DNA from: Squalus acanthias
Taxonomy: Eukaryota
Assembly (NCBI GenBank): GCA_030390025.1
Contig: CM059437.1
Coordinates: forward strand, 78,370,001-78,434,000
DNA: 64,000 nucleotides
Direction: 5' to 3'
Below, piece after piece: positions 51,270 to 62,426 of the stretch (positions within the stretch are counted from its first letter, which is position 1; every line of letters begins with the position of its first letter). A program made the position numbers and the translations under genes. A model generated the notes under the pieces. The model made no database searches. It worked only from the letters and a program-made list of their open reading frames with translations, and had not been told where the DNA came from.

Positions 51270-51347
51270 CTTGGGAATCCTCTGGTGGTCTAGCAAGTGC
51301 CTTGGCTTCTTCCACATCCCCTTCAATAGCTACTGTAAGATTCTTAT
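51270..51347 (-). CDS. THOC5: THOC5 exon (DKNLTVAIEGDVEEAKALARPPEDSQ)
   Basis: tgccag/gtaatc, 78 nt, phase 1 to 1. Confidence 0.96.
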
Positions 51348-52820
51348 CTGGCAAAAGAAAAAAAGAATATTAATTTGATCCATATAGTCACAGGTAAGGT
51401 TGACACTAGAAAATAAAGATATTTAAACAAGTTTTACCACTTTCTTGTAATGGCCACTTTGATTTATAGTACAACAGTTCAAGATAGTTGAAAAGAAATG
51501 TGGCTCATATTTTCCTTGACAGTATTTTACAGGGAGTACTCTATGTAAGAAAGAGCTGCTGTGCCAGATTTCATTCCAAAATTTAATCTAAGTCTAGCAG
51601 AGCACCAGGAAACTGCACCAATTGTCTTCCACAAGAAGTGCTGATATCAAATTTTCAGTCCCCATAAAGTTCTATCTCTTGGCATATATGTGTCTCTACA
51701 AATATCTGGCTGGTAGTCTGAAGATATCATCAATATCAGTAAGTCATATTACATTTGATAGGACGACACTTATGTAAATTGATCATTTTTGTTCTGATAA
51801 AACACCAGCTTATTACCTCTTCAACCTCTCGGTTGATAATAATCAGAACTGTCGGTGCACTTTATAATCGGGGCAGGAAAACAGCACAAGTGCAGCAATT
51901 GGCATTTATTTACACACAGTGATACAGTAATACTGTGACATGCTCTTACTGAAGGCAAAGGATTCAAAATTTACACTGATGAAACAATATGGCAATAAAC
52001 TGCTTTAGCCAGACTTGGGTCAGGTAATGGCTGAATTGCTGTGTTGGCAATATCTCAAAGTCAGTGTTTCTAAGTACTCTTTTTAACTTTATTGCTCCAT
52101 TCCCTAGAACAATAGTGCTTACAGCCTATACAACAGATTAAACTCACTGTATGTACAAGCAGAAAACTTCAACTCTCCCTTCACAGTACAGAATACGACC
52201 CCAAGTAGAAAGACTACTCCAATAGGTCCCTCACTAATTAAAATCTGTACAGTGCAACTAAGGAGGTACCAGCCCACTGCGAACTTTAGAAAATGCCAGT
52301 CAATTACTGTATATCCACAAATTTTAAGCATCCATATTTTCTAAACTTTTGAAAATCCCCAAATTGTGTAAGAACCAGAAATAAAAAAACAGTACTTGTA
52401 TGGATGTTAAAAGTTAATTAGCTCCTTGAATTATATGGAAGTAGAACTTATAAAACAAAAGAAAATTGATGAATTAACACTGAAATGATTCATAGCAAAT
52501 TTTATATTGTGATCAGTGTTACTTCTTACTCCAAGAGTGAACTATTTTGCTAAGGTTACCAATTAGATTAACATATGCAGTTACTTATGACTGCAATCAA
52601 GGGTATGGACATTACACAGAAAAAAATTACACTAATAAATTTCAGGATGCTAGAAAATATGTAAAAACAGTGTGTACAGTGCATCTGCACTTGTTGCTTG
52701 GGGATGTAATGATTTATTGATCAGAGAAGATTGTAGCATTTAAAGAACAAAAACATTAACATCAAATTCTTTACTGACATCATGAAGTAACCCAATTTAC
52801 CATGAAGATGAAAATCCTTG

Positions 52821-53663
52821 GGCCGCGATTTTGCCGGCGCTCAGAGGGCGGGTTTGGAAGCGGGTCAGAGGTTAAATTCATTTTGATTGACGGCGGGTTC
52901 CGATCCCGCCGTCAACCCGCCTCCAAACAGCTTTCCCCAAGTGTCGGGACCCCGATTTGTGAATGGACCCGACACCTAGTGGTGGGAAGCGGATTAAAGG
53001 CAATTACCTGCCTATTAACAGGTACTTGCCAGTAGCGTTTGGATTTTCTCGCTTCTGGGTCGGGTTTCCCGACGTCCGGACACCACGCCAGGTAAGTGTG
53101 GCGTGTTGCGAGTCTGCTGTAATGTGTGTGGAATGATGACAGCTGCAGAAGTGGTGTGAAGGATCCAATGTTGCACATGGTGAGTTTCAGAGCAAAGAAA
53201 ATGTTGGGTACTGCATTTTTAATACATTTACAGATTTCTTTAGCTGACAAGTTTTCAAATCCATGTCCAGTGCCACCTCATTGAGAGAACCTCTCTCACC
53301 AGTGACAGATTGCTTCTGTCACCTCACCTGCAGCTGCTATCTATTCCAGCCTATGGAGGGAGTCATTGGAGAGCCTGGGTGCAAGAGTTCATCTTTGTGC
53401 AGTGATTGTCAGTGTTTTCAGCACCTCAATGCTGTCAAACACTGAGAAATCAACTGTCAGGAAATAAGGAAACCGGCAGATGACGCGTCATCAAATGACG
53501 CCATCAGACCCGCTTCCTGTTAATTGGCCGGCAAGCCCGCAGGGTGGGCTTAACAAGGTCAATCAAGGCAAAATCATTGGAGCGGATGCAGCTGGGGGCG
53601 GGACTGGAAGCTGGAAACCAGCTGTCCCGCTCTCAACCCGCCTCCATTAATAAAATCGAGGCC
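52821..53663. mobile_element. Harbinger-like MITE
   Basis: TIRs GGCCGCGATTTT / AAAATCGAGGCC; related to 43080-43741. Confidence 0.7.
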
Positions 53664-54269
53664 TTAGACACTGCAAAAAAACGAATGTTTTCTTCTAACT
53701 TCCACTTTTGTGGCACTTTCTCCAAAACCCATATTCTGAACATGCTATGCTCATTACTTGTATTAAAAGGTAACTGGTAGGGATAGCGCATTGCAGGGCA
53801 GTGAGAGGAGGAGAAATATGTAAAATTCACAAATTTGCTTGCTGTGCAGTAGTGTTGCAAATCTATGAAATTATATGTTGGTGCCCACTATAAAATTTAT
53901 TAAAATTACAACACAAGGCCAAGCTTTTTCAAATGATGAGTTACTGATAATGGCCAGGTTATCAGGTGCAGCAATAAATGATGACGAGGAGTCCAGTCAT
54001 CAGGAAGAAAAAACACATCCCCACCTTGTATCGGAGTTCAGCATAGCAGGAATGGCACTAAAGTCAGAAATGGTGCTGTCTGCGATCGTCTACCCACATT
54101 CAAAAAAATGAAGCTATAAAATAAAGGCCTGCCCAAAACAAAACTGAACACAACTAAATCTGCAGCTTTGACTGTATGAAATGAAAGTGCTTTAAATATT
54201 CTTTGCATGATGCTTAATGATCTCAGACTCCTACATATTGGGTGTCCCAAGCCAACAAACACAAACTGA

Positions 54270-56118
54270 ATAAGAACATAAGAAATAGGAGCAGGAGTAG
54301 GCCATTTGGCCTCTCGAGCCTGCTCTGCCATTTAATGAGATCAAGGCTGATCTGATCTTGGGCTCAGCTCCATTTCCCTGCCCGCTCCCCATAACCCATC
54401 ACTCCCTTATTGTTCAAAAATCTGTCTATCGCCACCTTAAATATATTCAATGACTCAGCCTCCACAGCTCTCTGGGGCAGAGAATTCCACAGATTTATGA
54501 CCCTCTGAGAAGAAATTCCTCCTCATCTCAGTTTTAAATGGGCGACCCTTTATTCTGAAACTATGCCCGCTAGTTCTAGATTCCCCCATGAGGAGAAACA
54601 TCTTCTCTGCATCTACCTTGTCGAGCCCCCTCAGTATCTTATCTGTTTCAATAAGATCACATCTCATTCTTCTAAACTCCAATGAGTATAGGTCCAACCT
54701 GCTCAACCTTTCTTCATAAGTCAACCCCTTCATCTCAGGAATCAACCTCGTGAACCTTCTCTGAACTGCCTCCAATGCAAGTATATCCCTCCTTAAATAA
54801 GGAGACCAAAACTGTATGCAGTACTCCAGGTGTGGTCTCACCAATACCCTGTACAGTTGTAGCAGGACTTCCCTGCTTTTATACTCCAACCCCCTTGCAA
54901 TAAAGGCCAACATTCCATTTGCCTTCCTGATTACTTGCTGTACCTGCATGCTAACTTTTTGTGTTTCATGCACAAGGACCCCCAGGTCCCTCTGTACTGC
55001 AGCATTTTGTAATCTCTCTCCATTTAAATAATAATTTGCTTTTTTCTTTTTCTTACCAAAGTGGATAACCTCACACTTTCCCACATTATACTCCATCTGC
55101 CAAATGTTTGCCCATCACTTAGCCTGTCTATATCCCTTTGCAGATTCTTTGTGTCCTCTTCACAACTTGTTTCCCATCTATCTTTGTATCAGCAGCAAAT
55201 TTGGCTACATTACACTTGGGGGGGAAAAATTCAGTATCGTCCCATTTGGGGCGCAATTATCGGCCGGGCGCAAAGTTTAGCGCCTGACGCTAATTATCGC
55301 CTCCGACTGCAAACTTGGCTTTTATCACCCCTGGAGGTGATTGGAGCGCTAAATCAGGCGCTTCACACCTGTCTTAAGGCGCAAAGGCCGAGGAGCGAGG
55401 CGCTACCTCAGAGCGCTGGCGAAGCTCATGTGATGTCAGTCAGCAATGGAACAGAGTCACAATGGCCCTAGCCAGTTCTTAAAGGGGAGGGTTGATCTTG
55501 CTCTGCATCCACATCCTGCTCATTGCAGCCTTGAATATCGGCCTGGAGAGACCTGTACATCAAATCTGCTGGAAAGAACAATGGAGAGAACCAGGGAAAG
55601 AGCTCAGAGTGCAGCCCCCACAGTCTCTTCTAAATAGATGCAAGGAAGGGCAAATCCAAATGAACCTGCAAAGTGCTGCTCAGTACCCAAAACTCCTTCA
55701 CACAGCGTTGAATCTCTCCAGAAGTCTCTCTCTCTCTCAGAATGCGTGGTGCAAAAATGTCACCAACAAAAAAAGGCAGGAAGCGGTCGCCTTTAAATAG
55801 CGCTCCCCCAGTCCCTCCCTGACTGCAAAACGCTCCCCTCAACCTGTCGTTGCTAGCGGCAGGTGGTAAGGCAGGGGGCGCCACTCAATATCGGCTCCGG
55901 GGTGCTACGTACTCGACTGACGTCACGATCTGCCGGCGCAGGAGACCGTGGCGGTAGCGTTTAGCGCCGCCGCAAAATGTCTAGTTAATTTCGCGAGTGG
56001 CGCAAACATCGCCGCGCCCGGGCGCTAGTTGCTTTGCGCCCCATTAGCGCCCTCTTAAGGCGCGAACGGGAGGCGCAACCAACTGAATTTCCCCCCCCTG
56101 GTCCCTTCATCCAAGTCA
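54270..56118 (-). mobile_element. CR1 3' fragment (54270-55218 plus 56101-56118), interrupted by a MITE
   Basis: ORF 54455-55096. Host resumes as GTCCCTTCATCCAAGTCA after the insert. Confidence 0.9.
55219..56097. mobile_element. Harbinger-like non-autonomous element, CpG-rich
   Basis: TIRs GGGGGGAAAAATTCAGT / ACTGAATTTCCCCCCC; TSD TTG/CTG; many GGCGC subterminal motifs. Confidence 0.8.
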
Positions 56119-57124
56119 TGTATAAAAGGGTTTGATATCTTCTATTTCTAGGAATGAGGCAGCTAGCTCATATTTTCAATATGATAATTACATAGGTATT
56201 GATTTAGGATTTTGTGTATTTTTTTTCCATGGAGACTGTATATACATTTGAAACTTATTTTGATTTTGCTTGAAATCTAGATCAACTGTTCCAGAAAAAT
56301 GAACATTGCAAAACTCAATTGTGCTTAGTTATACAAAAGTATATCCAATTCACATCTTAGTAAAAGTACTTCCTAGTTGTTCATTCTACCACTACAAGAA
56401 TGAATGCATTAGGATATTAGCAGAAAAACAGAATCAGTACATTTAAAAAAAGTTGATGCAATCATTGAGTCCGATCAAATTTTGCTTGGGTGAGGTACTT
56501 AAGCACTTTTACTCTGATGATAACTAGGAATAAACTTAAAATACAAGCAGACAGTCTCGGTTAAAATACAAGTATTAGAACTGCATATATACATCGATAT
56601 GTGCACAGAGAAATTATCAGTCGAAGTGAGTAGTCGCTGCTTTTTTCCTACTGAAATATATCTACATTGGTTATGCAATGCTAGTGTAATATGCCAATGA
56701 TATTGTCCTAAGATAGGCTTATGAGAAGCATATGTAGGAAAAATGAACATATATTATAAGTCACAAACTTTGAACGAATGGAAGATAAATACAAATTGCA
56801 TTAATTCCACAGGATGAATACCTGCTATTCTTAATCAAATTTTCTAGTAATTAAGGCTGATCACTGAAGAGATTCTCTTCCTTTGCAGAATATTTTCAAA
56901 ATTTGAAAACAAAGATCTATTTTAATACACCTTCGGTAAGAATTGGCCATAAATGACCAAGCCCTCATCTGTAATTTGTTTTCTCAAAAATCGTAATCTG
57001 GATTTAACCTATCGTTGCTTTATAGGTGATAATGTCTGTTAGGAGTTATAATATACAAGTAGCACAGTTCTAAATGCAAAAAAATTCAAAGCTTAATAAA
57101 CAATATTCAAGTCCCAATACTCAC

Positions 57125-57160
57125 CCTGCCCATAGGGCTGGGAGGCCTTGTTCATCTGGG
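57125..57160 (-). CDS. THOC5: THOC5 alternative 36-nt microexon (AQMNKASQPYGQ)
   Basis: cattag/gtgagt, symmetric phase 1-1, open in frame. Resembles the AHMKSSQPPRQ insert recalled at this position in mammalian THOC5 isoforms. Confidence 0.8.
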
Positions 57161-57819
57161 CTAATGGGGCATCCACCACCACAGCCAGAAGAGGGTTACA
57201 AAAAAAAAAGGATTGCGAAAGAGAGACACGGTGTCAGTAAAAGAAAACAGATCAGCAACAAAGCTGAAATTACTTTAGTTTTTAATTTAGCATATGCGAT
57301 AAATTACTGAACAGAAGTAACTACTTGTCAATTGGCAGATTAGGAAACCAACAGTAAAACGATCAAAGCTACTACAGTAGTTAGAATGTGCGCCACTTTT
57401 CCGCTTCACTAATGCCACCCCACAGTATAAACACTATTAAAATATATGAGAGATGAGGTAGGCAGCCACAAAAAATTATGCCACATTTGCCTAACTATTT
57501 CTTATTTGAAACAGGTTTTAGAAATCAGGCAACAAAAGTGCTGCACAGAAATAAAAGGATAGAAAATATCAACACTGGAGAAAAATATTATGAAGAACCA
57601 CTGAAGATTAATACTGCAAAAAGTTTCAAAAAAAATCAAAAAAATTAGTACTTTTTAATACATTTGCTAATGCATGAAGACCAGAAAGGAAAGTTTAAAA
57701 TTTTGTATGCAATAATTTTTAACAGATTCTAGCAACAATGACGGAAACAAAAACAAATGCATGGCTAATGTGAACTTCTATGCATGCCAAGGCACTCAGT
57801 CATTATGCATTTGACTTAC

Positions 57820-57952
57820 CACAAGCTTGCCCATAAGAATTTGCCTGCACGTACAGCACATACAATGGAGGAGGCAGGTGTCTAGCAATTTCATACTGTT
57901 TATGAGCTTGGTCAAAGGGCATCGAAAGATACTCCTGGACTGGTAGAGATGC
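57820..57952 (-). CDS. THOC5: THOC5 exon ([44 protein letters not shown])
   Basis: cattag/gtaagt, 133 nt, phase 0 to 1. Confidence 0.97.
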
Positions 57953-58349
57953 CTAATGGAGCAGTAAAATAAATAGTCAACGGACTTTCAAATCTCAAGT
58001 GCTCTACAGGATAAAACCAAAAGGCACGTTGTTTATTCATAGCATTATTCACACCATCAATTCAAACTGACCTCGATTTAAACTCACTCCGAAGAAAGAA
58101 AACATATATTCTAATTACGCACACCCCCAATGATTGAGTGGTGCAACTGCACTGTGTAGTAATGAACTGATCCACATGGAACAGGATGGCCCCTTTTGTG
58201 ATCAGTGATCTGTGCCAATTTCTGATGCAGCACCCAGACTCAGAAGGAGGAAAAGAAACATCTGTGGACACCAGTTGGAGAGAGAATCAGAAGCTTCCCC
58301 CCCCCCCCTTTAAAAAATACTGTAGATTCTATTCAATTCTATATGCATA

Positions 58350-59068
58350 TATGAGGGAGAAGGGAATAGTGGGATATAGAATTGGGAAGAGGTATTTAAA
58401 TTGAGATGAGGTTCATGTGGAGTATAAACACTGGCATAGGCCAGTTGGGCCGAATGGCCTGTTTCTGTGCTATAGATTCTGTGTAATTCTATATTCCTAT
58501 AAAACTGGTTAGCATTTTTTTTGTCACATGCCTGCATGATATTATACAAGAACATAAGAATTAGGAGCAGGAGTAGGCCATACGGCCCTTCGAGCCTGCT
58601 CTGCCATTCAATACGATCATGGCTAATCTTCGACCTCAACTCCACATCCCTCGATTCCCCATGAGTCCAAAATCTATCTATCTCAACTTTGAATATACTC
58701 AACACCTCAGCATCCACAGCCCTCTGGGGCAGAGAATTCCAAAGATTCACAACCCTCAATGAAGAAATTCTTCCTCATCTCAGTCTTAAATGGCTGACCC
58801 CTTATCCTGAGACTATGCCCCCTAGTTCTAGACACTCCAGCCAGGGGAAACAACCTCTCAGCATCTACCCTGTCAATCCCCTTCAGAATCTTGTATGTTT
58901 CAATGAGATCACCTCTCATTCTTCTAACTCCAGAGAGTATAGGCCTAATCTACTCAATCTCTCCTCATAGGACAGCCCTCTCATCGCAGTGATCAATCTA
59001 GTGAACCTGCACTGCCTCTTAAGGCAAGTATGTCCTTTCTCAGATAAGGAGACCAAAACTGTGCACAG
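58350..59068. mobile_element. Two CR1 3' fragments tail-to-tail (about 58350-58492 on +, 58547-59068 on -)
   Basis: CR1 3'UTRs; ORF 58707-58919 (MRGDLIETYK). Confidence 0.85.
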
Positions 59069-59071
59069 TTA

Positions 59072-59135
59072 TTGAGTCTTGGCTGAAGGCTGCTCAATTA
59101 TTCCTTTCTGATTTTCATTTTCTCTAGCAATTCTT
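59072..59135 (-). pseudogene. Decayed partial copy of the THOC5 exon at 63436-63550
   Basis: 38 of 43 nt identical to 63449-63491 by manual alignment; reads [13 protein letters not shown] versus [14 protein letters not shown]. Confidence 0.7.
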
Positions 59136-59270
59136 AAAATAGCTTGCTATTTACTGTCTAGACTTACACATGAGCAATGGTCACTTGAATGAAGTACTGG
59201 AGGGTTGCTGCACACCTCAGCAGAACCATACCCCTGCATGAGTTACTACTTTCAGGAGGGAGGGATCATT
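59136..59270 (+). mobile_element. LF-SINE-like 3' fragment
   Basis: ACTGTCTAGACTTACACATGAGCAATGGTCACTTG...GTACTGGAGGGTTGCTG. Confidence 0.55.
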
Positions 59271-60303
59271 GTAGAACAAAATTCTAATGCTATATAAAAA
59301 CGTATGCAATGGGCTACAAGAGTAACTGGGATAGTTGCTACATTATGTGAATAAAATGGATGACAGCCTTCTGCTCGAAGGTCGGTTCTATTATAGTATA
59401 TATGCGCTCAATGCAAGCTTCAGCACAGAACATATATTCTTGCATTAATATTCAAATAATATAAATGATCAAAGAAACAGTGATATCTATTTTTGGATAT
59501 TCTAACACTATTAATAGTCAAATAAATGACAAGAGAATGGCCGAAGAATCTGGAAGATAATTTTCAACCCGAATTTCCCAAAGCTTGCTTCATTCAATGG
59601 GGAGTTGAGTCATGTTTGGCCAGGGCACAGGATGGAACACTAATGGGAGGTGGGGAGGAAAGAGAGGGGGGGGGGAAAGTAGTTTCTACTTTGGATGAGG
59701 CGAGAGACAGAGACAGAGAGATACAATTATCTGGGCAGATTTGTGTTAATGCCAAATAAGAAATTAGCTCCACAAACTTTAACATAAGCAAGGTTCTACT
59801 TTATTCTGAATATGTAACTGCAGGTTTTTGGTAAACATATTTCAATTTGACAAGGATCCTTTAAGTAGATGACTCCAGTCACCAACATTGGATTTAACAT
59901 TTATTCTGTCTGGAGTCTGCGATATAATTAAATCTTGGGCTGATATTTCAGAGGGACCGGTTGACACAGTTTGTTAGTACAGGAAACTTTCGTTTATCCG
60001 GCACCCAAATAACCGGAATTCTCGCTTAACCGGCAAAAATCATCCTCCGAAAACTCCTCTCAAATAACCGGCAATGTTGCCGAGTCGCAGTCGAGTCTCC
60101 GCGAACGCCGAGTGCTCCGAAAACTCCTCTCAAATAACCGGCAATGTTGCCGATCCCGAGTCCGAGTCCGAGAACGCCGATTTAGTCAGTAGGGGTACTT
60201 TTCAAAAGTGCCACTACTCGGCCTCCTGGCGCTGTCGCAAGTCCGAAACATTGCAGTAGCATGAGTAGATTCTCCCGCGCTGCCTGGAGTCTCTTCGGAT
60301 CGG

Positions 60304-60630
60304 CCATTTTGCTGGGTGTCTGCCACGCTGCTGGTACTGTAGTCTCTTCTGATCCACCATTTTGCTGTGTGTCTCCCACGCTGCTGGTACTGTAGTCTCT
60401 TCTGATACACCATTTTACTGTGTGTCTGCCACGCTGCTGGTACTGTAGTCTCTTCTGATACACCATTTTGCTGTGTGTCTCCCACGATGCTGGTAGTCTC
60501 TTCTGATCCACCATTTTGCTGTGTGTCTGCCACGCTGCTGGTACTGTAGTCTCTTCTGATCCACCATTTTGCTGTGTGTCTGCCACGCTGCTGGTAGTCT
60601 CTTCCTAGCCACCATTGTTCTGTGTGTCTT
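60304..60630. repeat. Minisatellite, six units of 53/48 bp plus a partial unit, in the transposon 5' region
   Basis: Units start at 60304, 60357, 60410, 60463, 60511, 60564, 60612; consensus CCATTTTGCTGTGTGTCTGCCACGCTGCTGGT(ACTGT)AGTCTCTTCTGATCCA. Confidence 0.95.
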
Positions 60631-60668
60631 TCCATCTTCATCGGCAATTATCTCCTCCATCTTGCATT

Positions 60669-62426
60669 ATGGAATTCCCAAAAGCTGGTCCAAGCAAAAG
60701 GAAGAGAGTGGTCTTAACTTTAAAACAGAAAATCGAGATATGCCAACGACTAGAAAGGGGAGAGAAGCGTATCAACATTATGAATGAATTCAAAATCGGT
60801 TCGTCAACAATCTACGACATCAAATCGCAGAAGGATAAGCTGCTCAAGTTTTATTCAAGCTCGGAGACATGCAAGAGTGTAGAGAAACGGCGTACGCTTC
60901 GTAAACCTAAGCTTGAAGAGCTGGATACCGTGCTTTATGAATGGTTTTCTCTTAAGCGTTCAGAGGGTGTTCCAATTTCCGGACCCATGCTCATCGAGAA
61001 AGCGAAGGAATTCTACGATAGGATGGAGCTCACTGACAAGTGTGCTTTCTCCGATGGATGGCTAACGTGCTTCAAGTTACGGCACGGGATACGACGACTC
61101 GATATTTCCGGGGAGAAGAAATCAGCTGATCACGAAGCCGCAGAAGAATACTGCAATTATTTCAATCGGATTGTGCAGCAACATGATTTGTCGCCAGCAC
61201 AGATCTACAATGCCGATGAAACTGGCTTGTTTTGGAGGTTTTTGCCAGAATCAACGCTTGCTGGGGCTAGTGAGGCTAATGCTTCAGGTTACAAGAAAAA
61301 TAAAGATCGTGTAACCGTGCTAACATGTGCGAACGCTGCTGGATCACACCGGGTTAAACTTCTTGTTATCGGGAAGTATAAAAATCCCCGTGCATTTAAA
61401 AATGTGAGGCACTTACCTGTTGAGTACAAAGCTCAAAAAAATGCTTGGATGGATAAGGAAATCTTCTCCGATTGGTTCCATCATATTTTTGTTCCATCTG
61501 TGAAGGAACATTTCCGCAGAATAGGGAAACCTGAAGATAGCAAATGCATTTTATTGCTTGATAATTGCAGAGCCCATCCGCATGAATCCCAGTTGGTTTC
61601 GGGAAATATTTTCACCATTTATTTGCCACCAAATGTAACTTCTCTCATCCAACCCATGGACCAGGGCGTTATCCAAAATCTGAAGTGTCATTACAAGAAA
61701 GACTTCCTACGTAAACTGCTAAGCCAAGATGAGAATATTCAAGATTTGCAGAAGGAATACAATATTAAAGATGCCATCTATAATGTTGCATGTTCCTGGA
61801 AATTGGTGAAAGGTCACACTCTGAGGCAAGCCTGGCGCAAATTGTGGCCTTCTGTAATGTTTGCTGAAGGTTCTTCTTCAGAGGAGGAATTTCATGGGTT
61901 CAGTGTTCGTCCCAAGAAGAGTACAATAATGGAAATGGCTGGAATGGTGAAAAATGCAGGCCCAGCAAACCCTCTACGTCACCTCAGTGAAAGTGATATC
62001 GAGCAGTGGGTTGATGCAGATAGAGAAGTTGGTGTTGTGCATATGCTAAGTGATGATGAAATAATTCAGAATGTTTTGAATCCAAAGAAAGAAAAGGAAA
62101 GCGAGATGGAAAGTGAAGAGGATGAGATTTCTGAAGAAGAGAAGATTTCTTGGGCTAAAGCTGCAGAAGGATTTTCTACAATCCTCAAATTTGCTGAAAG
62201 GCAGAATTGCTACACTGCACAAGAAGTTATGCAACTCCATATTTTGCATTCCACCTTTCTACAGAAAAGGCAAGAGTCCACTAAGCAAACCGACATCCGC
62301 AACATGTTTAAGAAAGCTTCCAAAAGAGTCGCAGCAGCGGAAGTGCCTGAAGAATCGGTGGAACTGCGTGATCCTGATGACCCAGCTGGCACGGATATTT
62401 CTGATGAACCAGATGACTCGGAATAA
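60669..62426 (+). CDS. Tigger/pogo transposase, JRK (Jerky)-like, 585 aa, DD32D
   Basis: CENP-B-type HTH ([15 protein letters not shown]), second HTH, YNADETG / LLLDN / QPMDQG triad (D codons at 61215, 61560, 61659), C-terminal PIP-box-like QTDIRNMF. Confidence 0.95.
   Translation: MEFPKAGPSKRKRVVLTLKQKIEICQRLERGEKRINIMNEFKIGSSTIYDIKSQKDKLLKFYSSSETCKSVEKRRTLRKPKLEELDTVLYEWFSLKRSEGVPISGPMLIEKAKEFYDRMELTDKCAFSDGWLTCFKLRHGIRRLDISGEKKSADHEAAEEYCNYFNRIVQQHDLSPAQIYNADETGLFWRFLPESTLAGASEANASGYKKNKDRVTVLTCANAAGSHRVKLLVIGKYKNPRAFKNVRHLPVEYKAQKNAWMDKEIFSDWFHHIFVPSVKEHFRRIGKPEDSKCILLLDNCRAHPHESQLVSGNIFTIYLPPNVTSLIQPMDQGVIQNLKCHYKKDFLRKLLSQDENIQDLQKEYNIKDAIYNVACSWKLVKGHTLRQAWRKLWPSVMFAEGSSSEEEFHGFSVRPKKSTIMEMAGMVKNAGPANPLRHLSESDIEQWVDADREVGVVHMLSDDEIIQNVLNPKKEKESEMESEEDEISEEEKISWAKAAEGFSTILKFAERQNCYTAQEVMQLHILHSTFLQKRQESTKQTDIRNMFKKASKRVAAAEVPEESVELRDPDDPAGTDISDEPDDSE

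Noticed and set aside
60182..60660. CRISPR array, or repetitive minus-strand proteins
   Set aside because: Units are contiguous with no unique spacers, there are no cas genes, and the context is eukaryotic. The ORFs are translations of the minisatellite.
60669..62426. Domesticated JRK/TIGD host gene orthologue
   Set aside because: Perfect TIRs, TA TSD, intact catalytic triad and an intronic insertion site indicate a transposon, so no gene symbol was assigned.
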